Shown: piece by piece, positions 9,289-19,118 of the stretch | How the letters are laid out: every line of letters begins with the position of its first letter | Numbering within the stretch: position 1 is the stretch's first letter | NCBI GenBank assembly: GCA_965220745.1 | Contig: CBDCQT010000012.1 | Location: forward strand, 800,001 to 864,000 | Source of the DNA: Alphaproteobacteria bacterium | GTDB lineage: Bacteria > Pseudomonadota > Alphaproteobacteria > UBA828 | Direction: 5' to 3' | DNA length: 64,000 nucleotides | Notes under the pieces: model-generated | Seen by the model: only the letters and a program-made list of their open reading frames with translations | Told to the model about the DNA's origin: nothing | The model's database searches: none | Position numbers and translations under genes: made by a program

Positions 9289-11136
9289 TTATTGGCCGGC
9301 TCCGCCGTTTCGCGCCTGCCGCAGCCGCGCGGTCTCGTCCGCGTCCACCTCGTGCCGGATGCCGTCGCCGGCGAGGCTGAGCGAGACGGCGTAGACATCC
9401 TCCGCCTTCTCCGGGCTGAGCCAGCCGTTGTCCACCGCGCGCGCGACCGCTGCGGGATCGCGCCGCGAGGGATCGCCGTAGCCGCCGCCGGCGGTGGTGA
9501 CGAAGCGGAACATCTCGCCGGGGGCGCAGCGTTCCTCGTGGAAGGAGGGGAGGGTGACCAACGTGCCGTCGGCGTCGCGCTTCTGGTTGATCGAGGGTGC
9601 ACCGTCGCTGCCGCCGCGCACGCCCTTGGAGGGGTAGGTGTCGCCGTCGCTGCAGTAGACCGCGGTCATCTCCCCCGCGATGGGACCGTAGACGGCGAGC
9701 GTGCCGGGCGCACCGTCCCACTCCCCGTGGCCCAAGGTGTCGATGGCGAGCTCGCGGCACTCGAAGTGGATCGGGAACATGCTCTCGTCCACCTCGGTCG
9801 GCGAGAGGATCTGCATGCCGCCATCCACCGGGCCGCCGAAGGTGACCCAGCCGTCGTGGCCGGGCAGCCCCGGCCCGCCGCCGAAGCCGATGAACATCTG
9901 GTTGACGTAGGTCTGGCCGTCGCGGCGCGGATCCTCGCCCGAGATCACGGCGAGACCCAGGGCCTGCTGGTAGCCGCCCTCGGCCATGCCGTGCGTCGGC
10001 CCGATCTGCGCGAAGCAGCAGGAGACCGCGTTGACCAGACGGTCGGTGACGTTGGTGGTGGCGACCGAGGTGCCGACCGGATAGCGCGGCCGGCCGACGA
10101 TGCAGCCATCGCGCAGCAGCACCCGGATGCGCCGCGCGCTGCCCTCGTTATGCGGGATGGTGTGGTCGATGTTGTAGAAGACGCCGGCACGGCAGGCGGC
10201 GATGGAGCAGGTCTCGCTCAGGTTCAGCCCGCCGGGGATGCAGTCGATATTGTCGCGCACGTCCACGGTGATCGTCGCCGCGTCGGGATCGACAGTCACC
10301 TGCGCGCGCACCGGAATCCCCTCGTCGGCGACGCCCGGCAGCGGGTCGTGCCGGTTCTCGTAGGACCAGGTGCCCGCCGGCAGCGTCCGGATGGCGGCGG
10401 CGGCACGGCGCTCGCCATAGGCCATCCAGGCCTCGACGAACGTGGCGATGGTTTCCGGCCCGTACTTCTCCACCAGCTCCTTGATCCGGCGTTCGGCGGT
10501 GCGGCAGGCGCCCACCTGCGCCAGATAGTCGCCGTACCAGAGGTCGGGCACCCGCACCTTGATCCTGGCCATGCGGATGATGTCGCGGATTTCCCTGTAG
10601 CCCCGCTCCACCCGCACGCCGGGGAAGTGCAGGCCTTCCTCGAAGATGGTCTTGGCGTAGGGCAGGTAGGTGGACGGGATCGGCGCGCCGACATCGGCGT
10701 GGTGGGCGCGCGAGACGGTCCAGAAGAGCGGCTTGCCGTCGAAGAACACCGGCACGCAGAGCGTGAGGTCCGCGTGGTGGGTGACGCCGGTGTAGGGGCA
10801 GTTGTTGAGGAAGGCGTCGCCCTCCTCGATGTCGTCGAAGAGCTCGGTGAGCGGCTGGGTGGTGAGGTCGATGGCCGCCGCGTGCACCGGAATGCACTCC
10901 TCGATGCAGACCAGCCGGTGGTCGTAGGTGAGGATGGCGCAGGACATGTCACGCGCGATCTTGATGACGCCCGACTTGCTGGCGCGCAGCACGCCGTTGC
11001 TCATCTCGCGCAGGATCGCGCCGAAGCGGCTGGAGAGCACCGAGAGCAGCATCGGGTCGAAGTCCGGTGCTGCGGCCGACATGGCATCGCCGCCGACGGT
11101 GATCGTGTCCGATTCGGAGTAGGGCAGGTCTTCCAT
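9289..11136 (-). CDS. Hydantoinase B/oxoprolinase family subunit (start may be 11082)
   Basis: NNCPYTGVTHHAD, RAHHADVG, EEG, TAGGGYGDP. Confidence 0.92.
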   Translation of the reverse strand: MEDLPYSESDTITVGGDAMSAAAPDFDPMLLSVLSSRFGAILREMSNGVLRASKSGVIKIARDMSCAILTYDHRLVCIEECIPVHAAAIDLTTQPLTELFDDIEEGDAFLNNCPYTGVTHHADLTLCVPVFFDGKPLFWTVSRAHHADVGAPIPSTYLPYAKTIFEEGLHFPGVRVERGYREIRDIIRMARIKVRVPDLWYGDYLAQVGACRTAERRIKELVEKYGPETIATFVEAWMAYGERRAAAAIRTLPAGTWSYENRHDPLPGVADEGIPVRAQVTVDPDAATITVDVRDNIDCIPGGLNLSETCSIAACRAGVFYNIDHTIPHNEGSARRIRVLLRDGCIVGRPRYPVGTSVATTNVTDRLVNAVSCCFAQIGPTHGMAEGGYQQALGLAVISGEDPRRDGQTYVNQMFIGFGGGPGLPGHDGWVTFGGPVDGGMQILSPTEVDESMFPIHFECRELAIDTLGHGEWDGAPGTLAVYGPIAGEMTAVYCSDGDTYPSKGVRGGSDGAPSINQKRDADGTLVTLPSFHEERCAPGEMFRFVTTAGGGYGDPSRRDPAAVARAVDNGWLSPEKAEDVYAVSLSLAGDGIRHEVDADETARLRQARNGGAGQ

Positions 11137-11267
11137 GGCGGCTATTCCCGAAGGCCCGGCGCGGGCTCGGCCGGGCGCCGGCGAGAGTGCCAAATTAGCG
11201 GGCTGCCGTCCATGGGGCCTCCCGGCCGAAGGCGGACCGGAACCGGGATGCGGCGGGATAAAGCGGG

Positions 11268-12104
11268 CTAGATGCGGTGCTCCGTCCGGACCGAGCCCTG
11301 GTAGACGATGCGGCGGTGGTTGAGTTCCGTGCGCTTGTGGTACGCGACCGCGACCGGATCGAAGTCGCAGGCCGGCGTCGGCTCGTGCTCGAAGTAGCCG
11401 AACCGGTCCTCGCCCCTGACCAGGGTCGCGCTGTCCCAGTCGGCGAGGGTCTGGCGTGTGTCGGGCGGCATGTAGCGAATGGCGATTCCGATGCGCCGGT
11501 CGTCGCTGCGATTGGGGTGAGAGGCATGCGCGAGGCGGTACGAGAAGAGCGCCGCCTCACCGGTGGCGACCTCCATGTTGACGGCCTCGTCTTCGTCGAT
11601 CCCCGCGCTGATCTCCTGGCCGCGCGACAGCATGTTGTCGTCGTGCCAGGTCTCGCGGTGCGGCAGCCTGGGGCCGAGATGGCTGCCGGGCATGAAGCGC
11701 ATGCACCCGCTCTCCACCGTCGCCGGCGAGAGGGCCACCCACGCGCTGACCAGGTGGTCCGTATCCAGGCCCCAGTAGTTACTGTCCTGATGCCAGGAGA
11801 CGTATTGGGGCGAGTGCGGCTCCTTGATCCACCATTGGCTGGTCCAGCACAGGATGTCGGGGCCGATGAGGTCCTCCACCGCATCCAGCAGCCGGGGATT
11901 GCGGACCAGGTCCGTCATCCAGCGCAGGAGCAGATGGCCCTTGATGCGAAATGCGTCCTTGCGAGGCCCTCCGCGTTCCATCTCCAGGCACTCCAGCGCG
12001 CCGCGCATTGCTGCCGCTTCCTTCGGCTCGAGCAGGCTGAACGGCTTGCAGTAGCCGTCCCGTCTGTACTGCGCGACCGCAGCCTCTGTCAGCACCTTGG
12101 GCAT
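11268..12104 (-). CDS. Phytanoyl-CoA dioxygenase family Fe(II)/2-oxoglutarate oxygenase
   Basis: WHQD (HxD), AWVAL, SGCMRFMPGSH, distal HAS.PNRSDDRR. Confidence 0.9.
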   Translation of the reverse strand: MPKVLTEAAVAQYRRDGYCKPFSLLEPKEAAAMRGALECLEMERGGPRKDAFRIKGHLLLRWMTDLVRNPRLLDAVEDLIGPDILCWTSQWWIKEPHSPQYVSWHQDSNYWGLDTDHLVSAWVALSPATVESGCMRFMPGSHLGPRLPHRETWHDDNMLSRGQEISAGIDEDEAVNMEVATGEAALFSYRLAHASHPNRSDDRRIGIAIRYMPPDTRQTLADWDSATLVRGEDRFGYFEHEPTPACDFDPVAVAYHKRTELNHRRIVYQGSVRTEHRI

Positions 12105-12205
12105 GGCCGATTTCTCACCGGTATCGGCGCGCGGCGCAACCCTCGTGAACACCTGCAGATCCGGCGTCTCGATGGGCTACGGGCTTGGGGAGGGTAGAAG
12201 AGCCG

Positions 12206-13870
12206 CTAAACCAGGTTGCGCAGGGAGGCGAGGTCGAAGGCGTCGTCCACGTCGAGCCAGTGGCCGGTGACGTAGAGCACGTCGATGGCCGCGCCCTGGG
12301 CGACGAGGCGAGCCAGGAGCTCGGGCAGGTCGGCGGAATCGAGACTGCCGTCCTTGCTCATGGCGTCGAGTGCGCCCCGCACCAGCGTGGCGCCGTGCTC
12401 GCTCAGCTTGGTGAGGCCGATGAACTCGCCGTGGGCGGACTCAGGCTCCGCTGCATCGCTCCCGATCGCCTCCAGCGTCACGCGCTCGTCGTCGAGGTAG
12501 CTGCCGGTGAAGGGGCGCGAGCAGCGCACCCAGTCGACCGCGCGGTCCGGGGAGCGGGCACCGTCGCTGCGCCGCCGGGCATCGACCACGGTCACGATGT
12601 CGCCGTCGGCGGCGAGAAGCCCGTCAAGCACATGCCGGCGGAACAGGATGTCGCCGTAAGAGACCAGGCACGGCCCATAGAGCCGGTTGTAGGCGCAGGC
12701 GAGGGAGGCGGCCTCGCCGGTCTGATCGTAGCGGTCGTTGTCCACCGACTCGATGCCGGCGAGGTCGATCGCCTCCTTGCGGTAGCCGCGCACCACGGTG
12801 ACGTCGCGCAGGCCGCTCCCGTTCAGCGTCCGGACCAGGCGTTGAAGCAGGGGCTCGCCGCGCACGTCGATCATGCACTTCGGGCGCCGCTCGGTGAGCG
12901 GGCCGAGCTCCTCGCCGCGCGAGGCTGCGAGCAGGATCGCGCGGGGGCCGCCGCCTGCAGCGAGGTAACGCGCCTCGGCCTCGGCGAGCTCCGCCTGGCC
13001 GGTGAGCGCGAACACCTCCTGCACTGGCGCGATCTCTTCCTCGACGGCGGTGAGCGATTCGCTCTCCTTGATGGCCTGACACACCGATCGCATCGCGGAC
13101 ACCGCCGCGCGCATGTTGTGGTTGGCCCAGATCACCATGGAGACGCCGGCCTTGCGGAAGGTCTGCGTCGGCGTGCGGTGGTACATGGTGGGCACGATCA
13201 CCACCGGCGCGCGCCCGCCCCAGGCCTCGCAGAAGCCGGTGATCTCGTCGGCGGTGGCTTTCTTGGAGTGGATCAGCACCGCGTCGGCGCCGGCCTCGTG
13301 GTAGGCCTCGGCGCGGCGCAGCGCCTCGTCCATGCCCCAGCCGGCGATCAGCGCCTCGACGCGCGCGACGAGCTGAAAGTCGTCGTCGCTCTGGCTGTCC
13401 TTGCCGGCCTTGATGCGGCCGCAGAATTCCTCCACGTCCGCCAGCGGCTGATTCTCGCCGATGAAGGAGTTGGTCTTGGGGAACAGCTTGTCCTCGATGC
13501 AGACCCCGCCGATGCCGCGCTGGCAGAGCTTCCGCACCAGGCGGCGGACGTTGTTGAAGTTGCCGTAGCCGGTGTCGCCGTCCACCAGGATCGGGATCGT
13601 GGTGGCGTCGGCCATGAACTCCAGCATTTCGAGGACCTGGGTCCAGGAGGCCTCGTTGTTGTCGCGCACGCCGAGCGCCGCCGACATCGAGAGGCCCGAG
13701 GCCCAAATGCCTTCGAACCCGGCCTCCTCCACGATCTTAGCGGAGAGGCCGTTATGGGCCTCCATGATGAAGGAGAGGTCGGGGGCCTGCAGCAGGGCGC
13801 GCAGCCGCGCGGCCTTCGAGGCCGGCTGCGTCGGCGCGTCAGCGCTGCCGATGGGGAGTCGTGCCGCCAT
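12206..13870 (-). CDS. pepM: Phosphoenolpyruvate mutase fused to a C-terminal nucleotidyltransferase (PntC/LicC-like)
   Basis: [17 protein letters not shown], catalytic [10 protein letters not shown] (EDK-X5-NS); C-terminal [29 protein letters not shown]. Confidence 0.95.
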   Translation of the reverse strand: MAARLPIGSADAPTQPASKAARLRALLQAPDLSFIMEAHNGLSAKIVEEAGFEGIWASGLSMSAALGVRDNNEASWTQVLEMLEFMADATTIPILVDGDTGYGNFNNVRRLVRKLCQRGIGGVCIEDKLFPKTNSFIGENQPLADVEEFCGRIKAGKDSQSDDDFQLVARVEALIAGWGMDEALRRAEAYHEAGADAVLIHSKKATADEITGFCEAWGGRAPVVIVPTMYHRTPTQTFRKAGVSMVIWANHNMRAAVSAMRSVCQAIKESESLTAVEEEIAPVQEVFALTGQAELAEAEARYLAAGGGPRAILLAASRGEELGPLTERRPKCMIDVRGEPLLQRLVRTLNGSGLRDVTVVRGYRKEAIDLAGIESVDNDRYDQTGEAASLACAYNRLYGPCLVSYGDILFRRHVLDGLLAADGDIVTVVDARRRSDGARSPDRAVDWVRCSRPFTGSYLDDERVTLEAIGSDAAEPESAHGEFIGLTKLSEHGATLVRGALDAMSKDGSLDSADLPELLARLVAQGAAIDVLYVTGHWLDVDDAFDLASLRNLV

Positions 13871-14077
13871 GAGAAATCGCCGGTTCGTCGCCCGTTCGTC
13901 CATGAACCTGACGTATCGCGGTGATATAAAAGGGTAACGACAAGCCGGCGCCGATGCAATGCGGCGCCCTGAACCCTGCCTTCATTGGGAGTGCGACGCG
14001 CACCGGCGCACCGCCCACGATGCCGAGGCTGCGACCGCCGCGGCGTCTCCCAACACGACCGACAAAGACGGAGCCGC

Positions 14078-15232
14078 ATGTCACCCGCCGATCACGACGC
14101 CAGCCGCGACCCCATCGCCTTCATCGACCTGGATGCGCAGTACCGGCGCCTCAAGGCCGATATCGACGCCGCCATCGCGCGGGTGCTCGAGGACGGCCGT
14201 TTCGTCCTGGGCCCGGCGGTGGCGGAGCTGGAGACGGCGCTCGCTGCGCGCGCCGGCGTCGCCCACGCGGTCACCTGCGCGAGCGGCACCGACGCCCTCC
14301 AGATCGCGCTGATGGCGGAAGGGATCGGGCCGGGCGATGCGGTCTTCGTCCCCGGCTTCACCTTTCCCGCGACGGCGGGCGTGGTGGCCCTGGTGGGGGC
14401 GACGCCCGTCTTCGTCGACGTGGCGGAAGAGAGCTGCATGATGGACCCCGCCGATCTCGCCGCGCGCATCGACCGCGTGACGGCGGAGGGCCGGCACGCG
14501 CCGCGCGCGGTCATCGCGGCGGACCTGTTCGGCCAGGCGGCGGACCACGACGCGCTCGGGCCGCTGGCCGCCGAGCGGGGCCTGCTGCTGATCGACGACG
14601 CGGCTCAGGGCTTTGGCGGGGCGAGCGGCGGCCGGCCGGTGGGGGCGCTGGCGCCGGTCACCACCACCAGCTTCTATCCGGCCAAGCCCCTCGGCGGCTA
14701 TGGCGACGGCGGCGCGCTCTTCACCGACGATGCGGCGCGGGCTGCGCGCTGGCGCTCGATCCGCCAGCACGGCCAGGGCGAGGGCAAGTACGACATCGTT
14801 GGGGTCGGCCTCAACAGCCGCCTCGATACCCTTCAGGCAGCGATTCTGCTGGTCAAGCTCGCGGCCTTCGATGCCGAGATCGACGCCCGCGAGCGGGTAG
14901 CCACGACCTACGATTCTGTGCTCGCCGGTGCCGTCGGCCTGCCGGGGCGGCTGCCGGGGCGGCGCTCGACCTGGGCACAGTACACGATCCGGCTGGAACG
15001 GCGCGACGCGGTCCAGGCCGCGCTCGTGGCGCAGGGGATCCCGACCGCGATCCACTACCCGGTGCCGATGCACCTGCAGCCGGCCTATCACGCGCACGGC
15101 GACGGCCCCGGCTCGCTGCCGGTGAGCGAGCGCCTGAGCCGGCAGGTGCTGTGCCTGCCGATGCACGCCGATCTCGACGAGGCGACCGCCATGCGGATCG
15201 CGCGGGCCGTGCGGGACGCGGCGGCGGAGTGA
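14078..15232 (+). CDS. DegT/DnrJ/EryC1/StrS PLP aminotransferase (WbpE-like)
   Basis: FIDLDAQY, SGTDAL, DDAAQGFG, SFYPAKPLGGYGDGG, NSRLDTLQAA. Confidence 0.92.
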   Translation: MSPADHDASRDPIAFIDLDAQYRRLKADIDAAIARVLEDGRFVLGPAVAELETALAARAGVAHAVTCASGTDALQIALMAEGIGPGDAVFVPGFTFPATAGVVALVGATPVFVDVAEESCMMDPADLAARIDRVTAEGRHAPRAVIAADLFGQAADHDALGPLAAERGLLLIDDAAQGFGGASGGRPVGALAPVTTTSFYPAKPLGGYGDGGALFTDDAARAARWRSIRQHGQGEGKYDIVGVGLNSRLDTLQAAILLVKLAAFDAEIDARERVATTYDSVLAGAVGLPGRLPGRRSTWAQYTIRLERRDAVQAALVAQGIPTAIHYPVPMHLQPAYHAHGDGPGSLPVSERLSRQVLCLPMHADLDEATAMRIARAVRDAAAE

Positions 15233-15251
15233 CCGCGCGGCGCCACATGCC

Positions 15252-16463
15252 ATGAGCCACGAGCCGGCGCCCACCGCGGTTACCCGATGGGACATCGTGC
15301 TGATGGCCTTGGGCGCCGGCATTCTCGCCGGCTTTCAGGTGGGCAAGGTGCCGCCCGCCCTGCCGGTGCTGCGCGAGACCCTGGGGCTCGACCTCGTCAC
15401 CGCTGGCTGGCTCACCTCGATCTACTATGCGATCGGAGCCGCCGTCGGCGTCGCGGTCGGGCTACTCTCCGACCGCGCCGGCCCGCGCCGGCTGATGCTC
15501 GCCGGTGTGGCCTTCCTCGGTTTGGGCAACCTGATGGGCGGGCTGGTGAGCGGCAGCGCCTGGATCCTGGTCGCGCGCTTCATCGAGGGTTTTGGGTTCG
15601 TGGGCGTCACGGTGACCGCGCCCAAGCTGATCGCCTCGGCGGCGCGGCCCCGCGACTACGGCCTCGCCTTCGGCATCTGGGGCGCCTACATGCCGCTCGG
15701 CATGGCAATCGCCATGCTGATCGCGCCGGCGCTGCTCGATGCCATCGGCTGGCGCGGCTTCTGGCTGGTGAGCGCAGCGCTGGTCGCGCTCTTCATGGCC
15801 GCACTCGGCTGGAGCCTGCACCCGAGACGTTGGCCGGTGACCTTCGACGCCAAGGCCCTGGATTGGCGCGGCGTGGGGGAGACCCTGGCACGGGCTGCGC
15901 TCTGGCTCTTCGGCCTCTCGTTCGCCTTCTACACGCTGCAGTGGTTCGCCATCACGGCCTGGCTGCCAACCTTCCTGATCGAGACGCAGGGGCGGAGCGC
16001 GGCCGGCGCGGCGATCTGGGGCGCCATGGTGGTGGCGGCCAACGCCCTTGGCAACTTCGCCGCCGCCTGGCTGATGCACAAGCGGGTGCCGCGCTGGGCG
16101 CTGATCGGGATCGCCTGCTGCGCCATGGGCGGGTCCTCCGCCGGGGTCTTCCTCTCCGGCACACCGGGCGATCTCAAGATCGTGCTCGCCTTCGTGTTCA
16201 GCGGTGTCGGCGGCCTGCTGCCGGCGGCGGCGATCGCCGGTGCGGCCGCCCATGCGCCGCGCGCCGCCTTCGTCGCCATGGCCAGCGGCTTCGTGGTGCA
16301 GGGCGCGGCGATCGGTAGCCTGCTCGGCCCGCCGGTGATGGCCGCTGCGGTCGAGGGCCTGGGCAGCTGGGCTGCCTCCTGGTGGGTGATGCTCGCGGTC
16401 TCGGGCGCCGGCCTCGGCCTCGTGGCGGGCCTGATCGCAACCGACCGCCGGCCACGCATCTGA
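15252..16463 (+). CDS. MFS transporter (CynX/NimT-like)
   Basis: ~12 hydrophobic segments, GKVPPALP, GLLSDRAGPRR motif A. Confidence 0.85.
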   Translation: MSHEPAPTAVTRWDIVLMALGAGILAGFQVGKVPPALPVLRETLGLDLVTAGWLTSIYYAIGAAVGVAVGLLSDRAGPRRLMLAGVAFLGLGNLMGGLVSGSAWILVARFIEGFGFVGVTVTAPKLIASAARPRDYGLAFGIWGAYMPLGMAIAMLIAPALLDAIGWRGFWLVSAALVALFMAALGWSLHPRRWPVTFDAKALDWRGVGETLARAALWLFGLSFAFYTLQWFAITAWLPTFLIETQGRSAAGAAIWGAMVVAANALGNFAAAWLMHKRVPRWALIGIACCAMGGSSAGVFLSGTPGDLKIVLAFVFSGVGGLLPAAAIAGAAAHAPRAAFVAMASGFVVQGAAIGSLLGPPVMAAAVEGLGSWAASWWVMLAVSGAGLGLVAGLIATDRRPRI

Positions 16464-16587
16464 GCCCGTTTGCCTGCGCGGAAGCCGCGTGCCGGCGGCG
16501 GCCGCGCGGAGCCGCCGTTGACAGAGCGGCGCACGGTGTCCATTGATCGTATGGACATTTGCCGCGAGGACCCGACTGGATTTCAAA

Positions 16588-17244
16588 ATGCTGACCTTCA
16601 CCGAAGAAATTCTGCTTCTGCTGCTGGACGACGACGACGGCACGTTCGTGCCGATCCCGAACGCCAACCTCGGGTGTGCCATCGGGGGCGCCGTGCTGAT
16701 GGACCTGGCGTTCGCCTATCGCATCGACACCGACCCGAAGGCACTCGTGGTTAACGACCCTACGCCGACCGGCAACCCCATGCTCGACGACACGCTGGCG
16801 AAGATCGCGGCACAGGGGAGCGAGTCGGATACGCGGACCTGGATCAGGGTGCTCTCGGTCGAAGACGCGCCCGCCATTCGCGAGCAGGCGCTGGAGAGCC
16901 TCGTCGCGCGCGGCATCGTGCAGGTACGCGAAGAAAGGGTGATGTGGGCCTTCCGCACGCGCCGCTATCCCACGATCGACGGCAACGTGGAGCAGGAGGT
17001 CAAGCTGCGGATCGGGGAGGTGCTGTTCTCCGAAGATATTCCCGATCCCCGCGACGTCGCCCTGATCGGCCTGGTGGATGCCTGCGATATTCTGGACGAG
17101 ATCTTCCCCAGTAAGGACATGGAGCAGTGCCGCCCGCGCATCGATCAGCTGCGCAAGATGGACCTGATCGGCCGCGAGCTGGCGAACGCGATCTCGGACA
17201 TCGAACATACCGTGGCGATGGCGCTCTCGGGCGCGCCTTACTGA
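16588..17244 (+). CDS. GPP34/GOLPH3/VPS74 family protein
   Basis: MLTFTEEILLLLLDD, GAVLMDLA..RID, PTGNPMLD, RRYP. Confidence 0.85.
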   Translation: MLTFTEEILLLLLDDDDGTFVPIPNANLGCAIGGAVLMDLAFAYRIDTDPKALVVNDPTPTGNPMLDDTLAKIAAQGSESDTRTWIRVLSVEDAPAIREQALESLVARGIVQVREERVMWAFRTRRYPTIDGNVEQEVKLRIGEVLFSEDIPDPRDVALIGLVDACDILDEIFPSKDMEQCRPRIDQLRKMDLIGRELANAISDIEHTVAMALSGAPY

Positions 17245-17308
17245 GCAAAACAACGCGAGACACTGACGCCGGGGACGCCCGGCTCATGCGTTGCGGCCAC
17301 TATTGCAA

Positions 17309-17336
17309 CGTTATTCTATAGTGTTATAATATTTCA
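17309..17336 (+). promoter_or_regulatory. Tandem putative Zur boxes
   Basis: CGTTATTCTATAGTG (17309-17323) and TGTTATAATATTTCA (17322-17336) resemble the proteobacterial Zur consensus TGTTATNNTATAACA; AT-rich island upstream of a His-rich gene. Confidence 0.7.
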
Positions 17337-17389
17337 TATCGACTGCCCTTCCTTCGAGCGACCCTAACCACCAGCGATGGAGTGGTGAC

Positions 17390-19033
17390 ATGCGCTACAA
17401 GATGCTCCTTGGCACGACTGCGATGACCGCTGCGGCCGCGGCGATGGCGGTCTCCCTGGCACCGCCTCCGGCACAGGCTCAGTCGGACGACGATACGCCG
17501 ATGGCCGCCATCCTTGCCGTCGAGATCGCGACCTTGCGGGAGCAATACGAGGCGCGCATCAGGGCGCTGGAAGAGCAGGTCAGGGCGCTGCAGTCCGGCT
17601 CCGCCGGCGAGATGGCCGACCATGACGATCACGGCCACGACGACCACATGGACGACGACCACGGTCACGATGAGGGAATGGCTGAGCACGACGACCACGG
17701 GGCCATGCTCGAGCCCCAAGTCGGCGTGGTGCTCAGGGGCATGTTCACGTCCTACTCCGCCGAAGACTCGGAGATTGCAGGCTTCCAACTCGGCCACGAG
17801 AGCGAGCGCGCGGCGGAGGGCTTCTCGGTCGGTCATAGCGAGTTGAGCGTGTCGAGCGATGTCGGTTCTGCGGCTCGCGCCAGTCTCGTGCTCGGCATCG
17901 GCGCGCACCCCGGCGAGCCGGCGGAGCTTGAGCTCGAGGAGGCCTATATCCAGACTCTGCCGGGCTCCGGCCTGCCCGAGAGCTTCACCATAACGGCGGG
18001 CCGCAAGCTGTGGTCGTTCGGCTATCTCAACGAACGTCATGCGCACGAAGACGACTTCGCCGATCGCCCCTTGCCTTACCGGGCCTTTCTCGACAACGGC
18101 TTCAACGACGACGGCATCCAGCTTTCGCTCGCATTGCCCGGTGATGTCCGCACGGAGATTGGCGGCGGTCTCTTCCGCGGCGACGATCAACCGTTCGGCG
18201 GGTCCGACAACGGGCGCCGGGCGCTCTCGGCCTATGCGCGGGTCGGCGGCGACATGGGGCGCGATTCGTCTTGGCGAATCGGCGCGTCCGTCTTGAGCGG
18301 AGAGGTCGTGGGCGGCGCCGGCGGCCACGCGCACGGCCACGACGACGAGCACGAAGACGAGCACGGGCACGAGCACGAAGACGATCACGCCGACGACGAT
18401 CATGCCGACGACGACCACGAAGACGACCACGAAGACGACCACGAAGACGATCACGACGACGATCACGATGACGATCATGCCGACGAGCACGAAGACGATC
18501 ATGCCGACGAGCACGAAGACGATCATGACGACGAGGACGACCACGCCGACGAGGACTTCGCGCCGTCGGACTTCTTCTCCAGCGGCGTGTTCAGCGGTGA
18601 CCGCGCGCTGTTTGGGACCGACTTCCGCTTTGCCTGGGCGCCGACCGGCAATGCGAGGCAGAGCCAGCTGATCTTCCAGGGCGAGTACCTCTGGCAGACG
18701 GACGACGGCGTCTACACGCTGGAGGACGATGCAATGGAGGAGCATGAGCTGACGACCGACGGCAGGAGCGCCGGCTGGTACGCGCAGGCGGTCTACAAGT
18801 TCGCGCCTCAGTGGCGGATCGGCGCGCGCTATGCGCGTCTCAGCCCGTCGAGCGCGGCGCACATCGATCACGACCCGAGCGCGCTCGCCGTCATGGGCGA
18901 CTGGACCAGCGACCGCTTCGGGCAGCTGCGCCTGCAATACAACCGGGAATCGCTGATGTCGGGCGCGGAGGACGATCAGGTGATCCTGCAATACACGGTG
19001 AGCCTGGGCGGCCACGCCGGTCACGACCACTAG
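17390..19033 (+). CDS. Secreted/outer-membrane beta-barrel protein with His/Asp/Glu-rich loops (putative zinc-uptake porin)
   Basis: Signal peptide (..AQAQ), N-terminal coiled coil, LEEAY, FGYLNERHAH, GWYAQ, LRLQY, C-terminal GGHAGHDH. Confidence 0.78.
   Translation: MRYKMLLGTTAMTAAAAAMAVSLAPPPAQAQSDDDTPMAAILAVEIATLREQYEARIRALEEQVRALQSGSAGEMADHDDHGHDDHMDDDHGHDEGMAEHDDHGAMLEPQVGVVLRGMFTSYSAEDSEIAGFQLGHESERAAEGFSVGHSELSVSSDVGSAARASLVLGIGAHPGEPAELELEEAYIQTLPGSGLPESFTITAGRKLWSFGYLNERHAHEDDFADRPLPYRAFLDNGFNDDGIQLSLALPGDVRTEIGGGLFRGDDQPFGGSDNGRRALSAYARVGGDMGRDSSWRIGASVLSGEVVGGAGGHAHGHDDEHEDEHGHEHEDDHADDDHADDDHEDDHEDDHEDDHDDDHDDDHADEHEDDHADEHEDDHDDEDDHADEDFAPSDFFSSGVFSGDRALFGTDFRFAWAPTGNARQSQLIFQGEYLWQTDDGVYTLEDDAMEEHELTTDGRSAGWYAQAVYKFAPQWRIGARYARLSPSSAAHIDHDPSALAVMGDWTSDRFGQLRLQYNRESLMSGAEDDQVILQYTVSLGGHAGHDH
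18325..18552 (+). repeat. Coding low-complexity tandem repeats (12- and 24-nt units) encoding (H-E/D-D-D)n
   Basis: CACGAAGACGAC repeats and a duplicated GATCATGCCGACGAGCACGAAGAC unit. Confidence 0.85.
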
Positions 19034-19118
19034 GAGGCACCGCGGCGCCGCGACGCTGGAGGGTAACACGGGCTTCGACTAGCATCCGGGCGGGGGCTGA
19101 TCCCGTCGGGTGCTTGCC

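Noticed and set aside
11268-12104. Non-heme iron halogenase
   Set aside because: Retains the HxD carboxylate (WHQD); halogenases have HxA/G.
18325-18552. CRISPR-like or non-coding repeat
   Set aside because: It is in frame within the outer-membrane protein and encodes an H/D/E tract.
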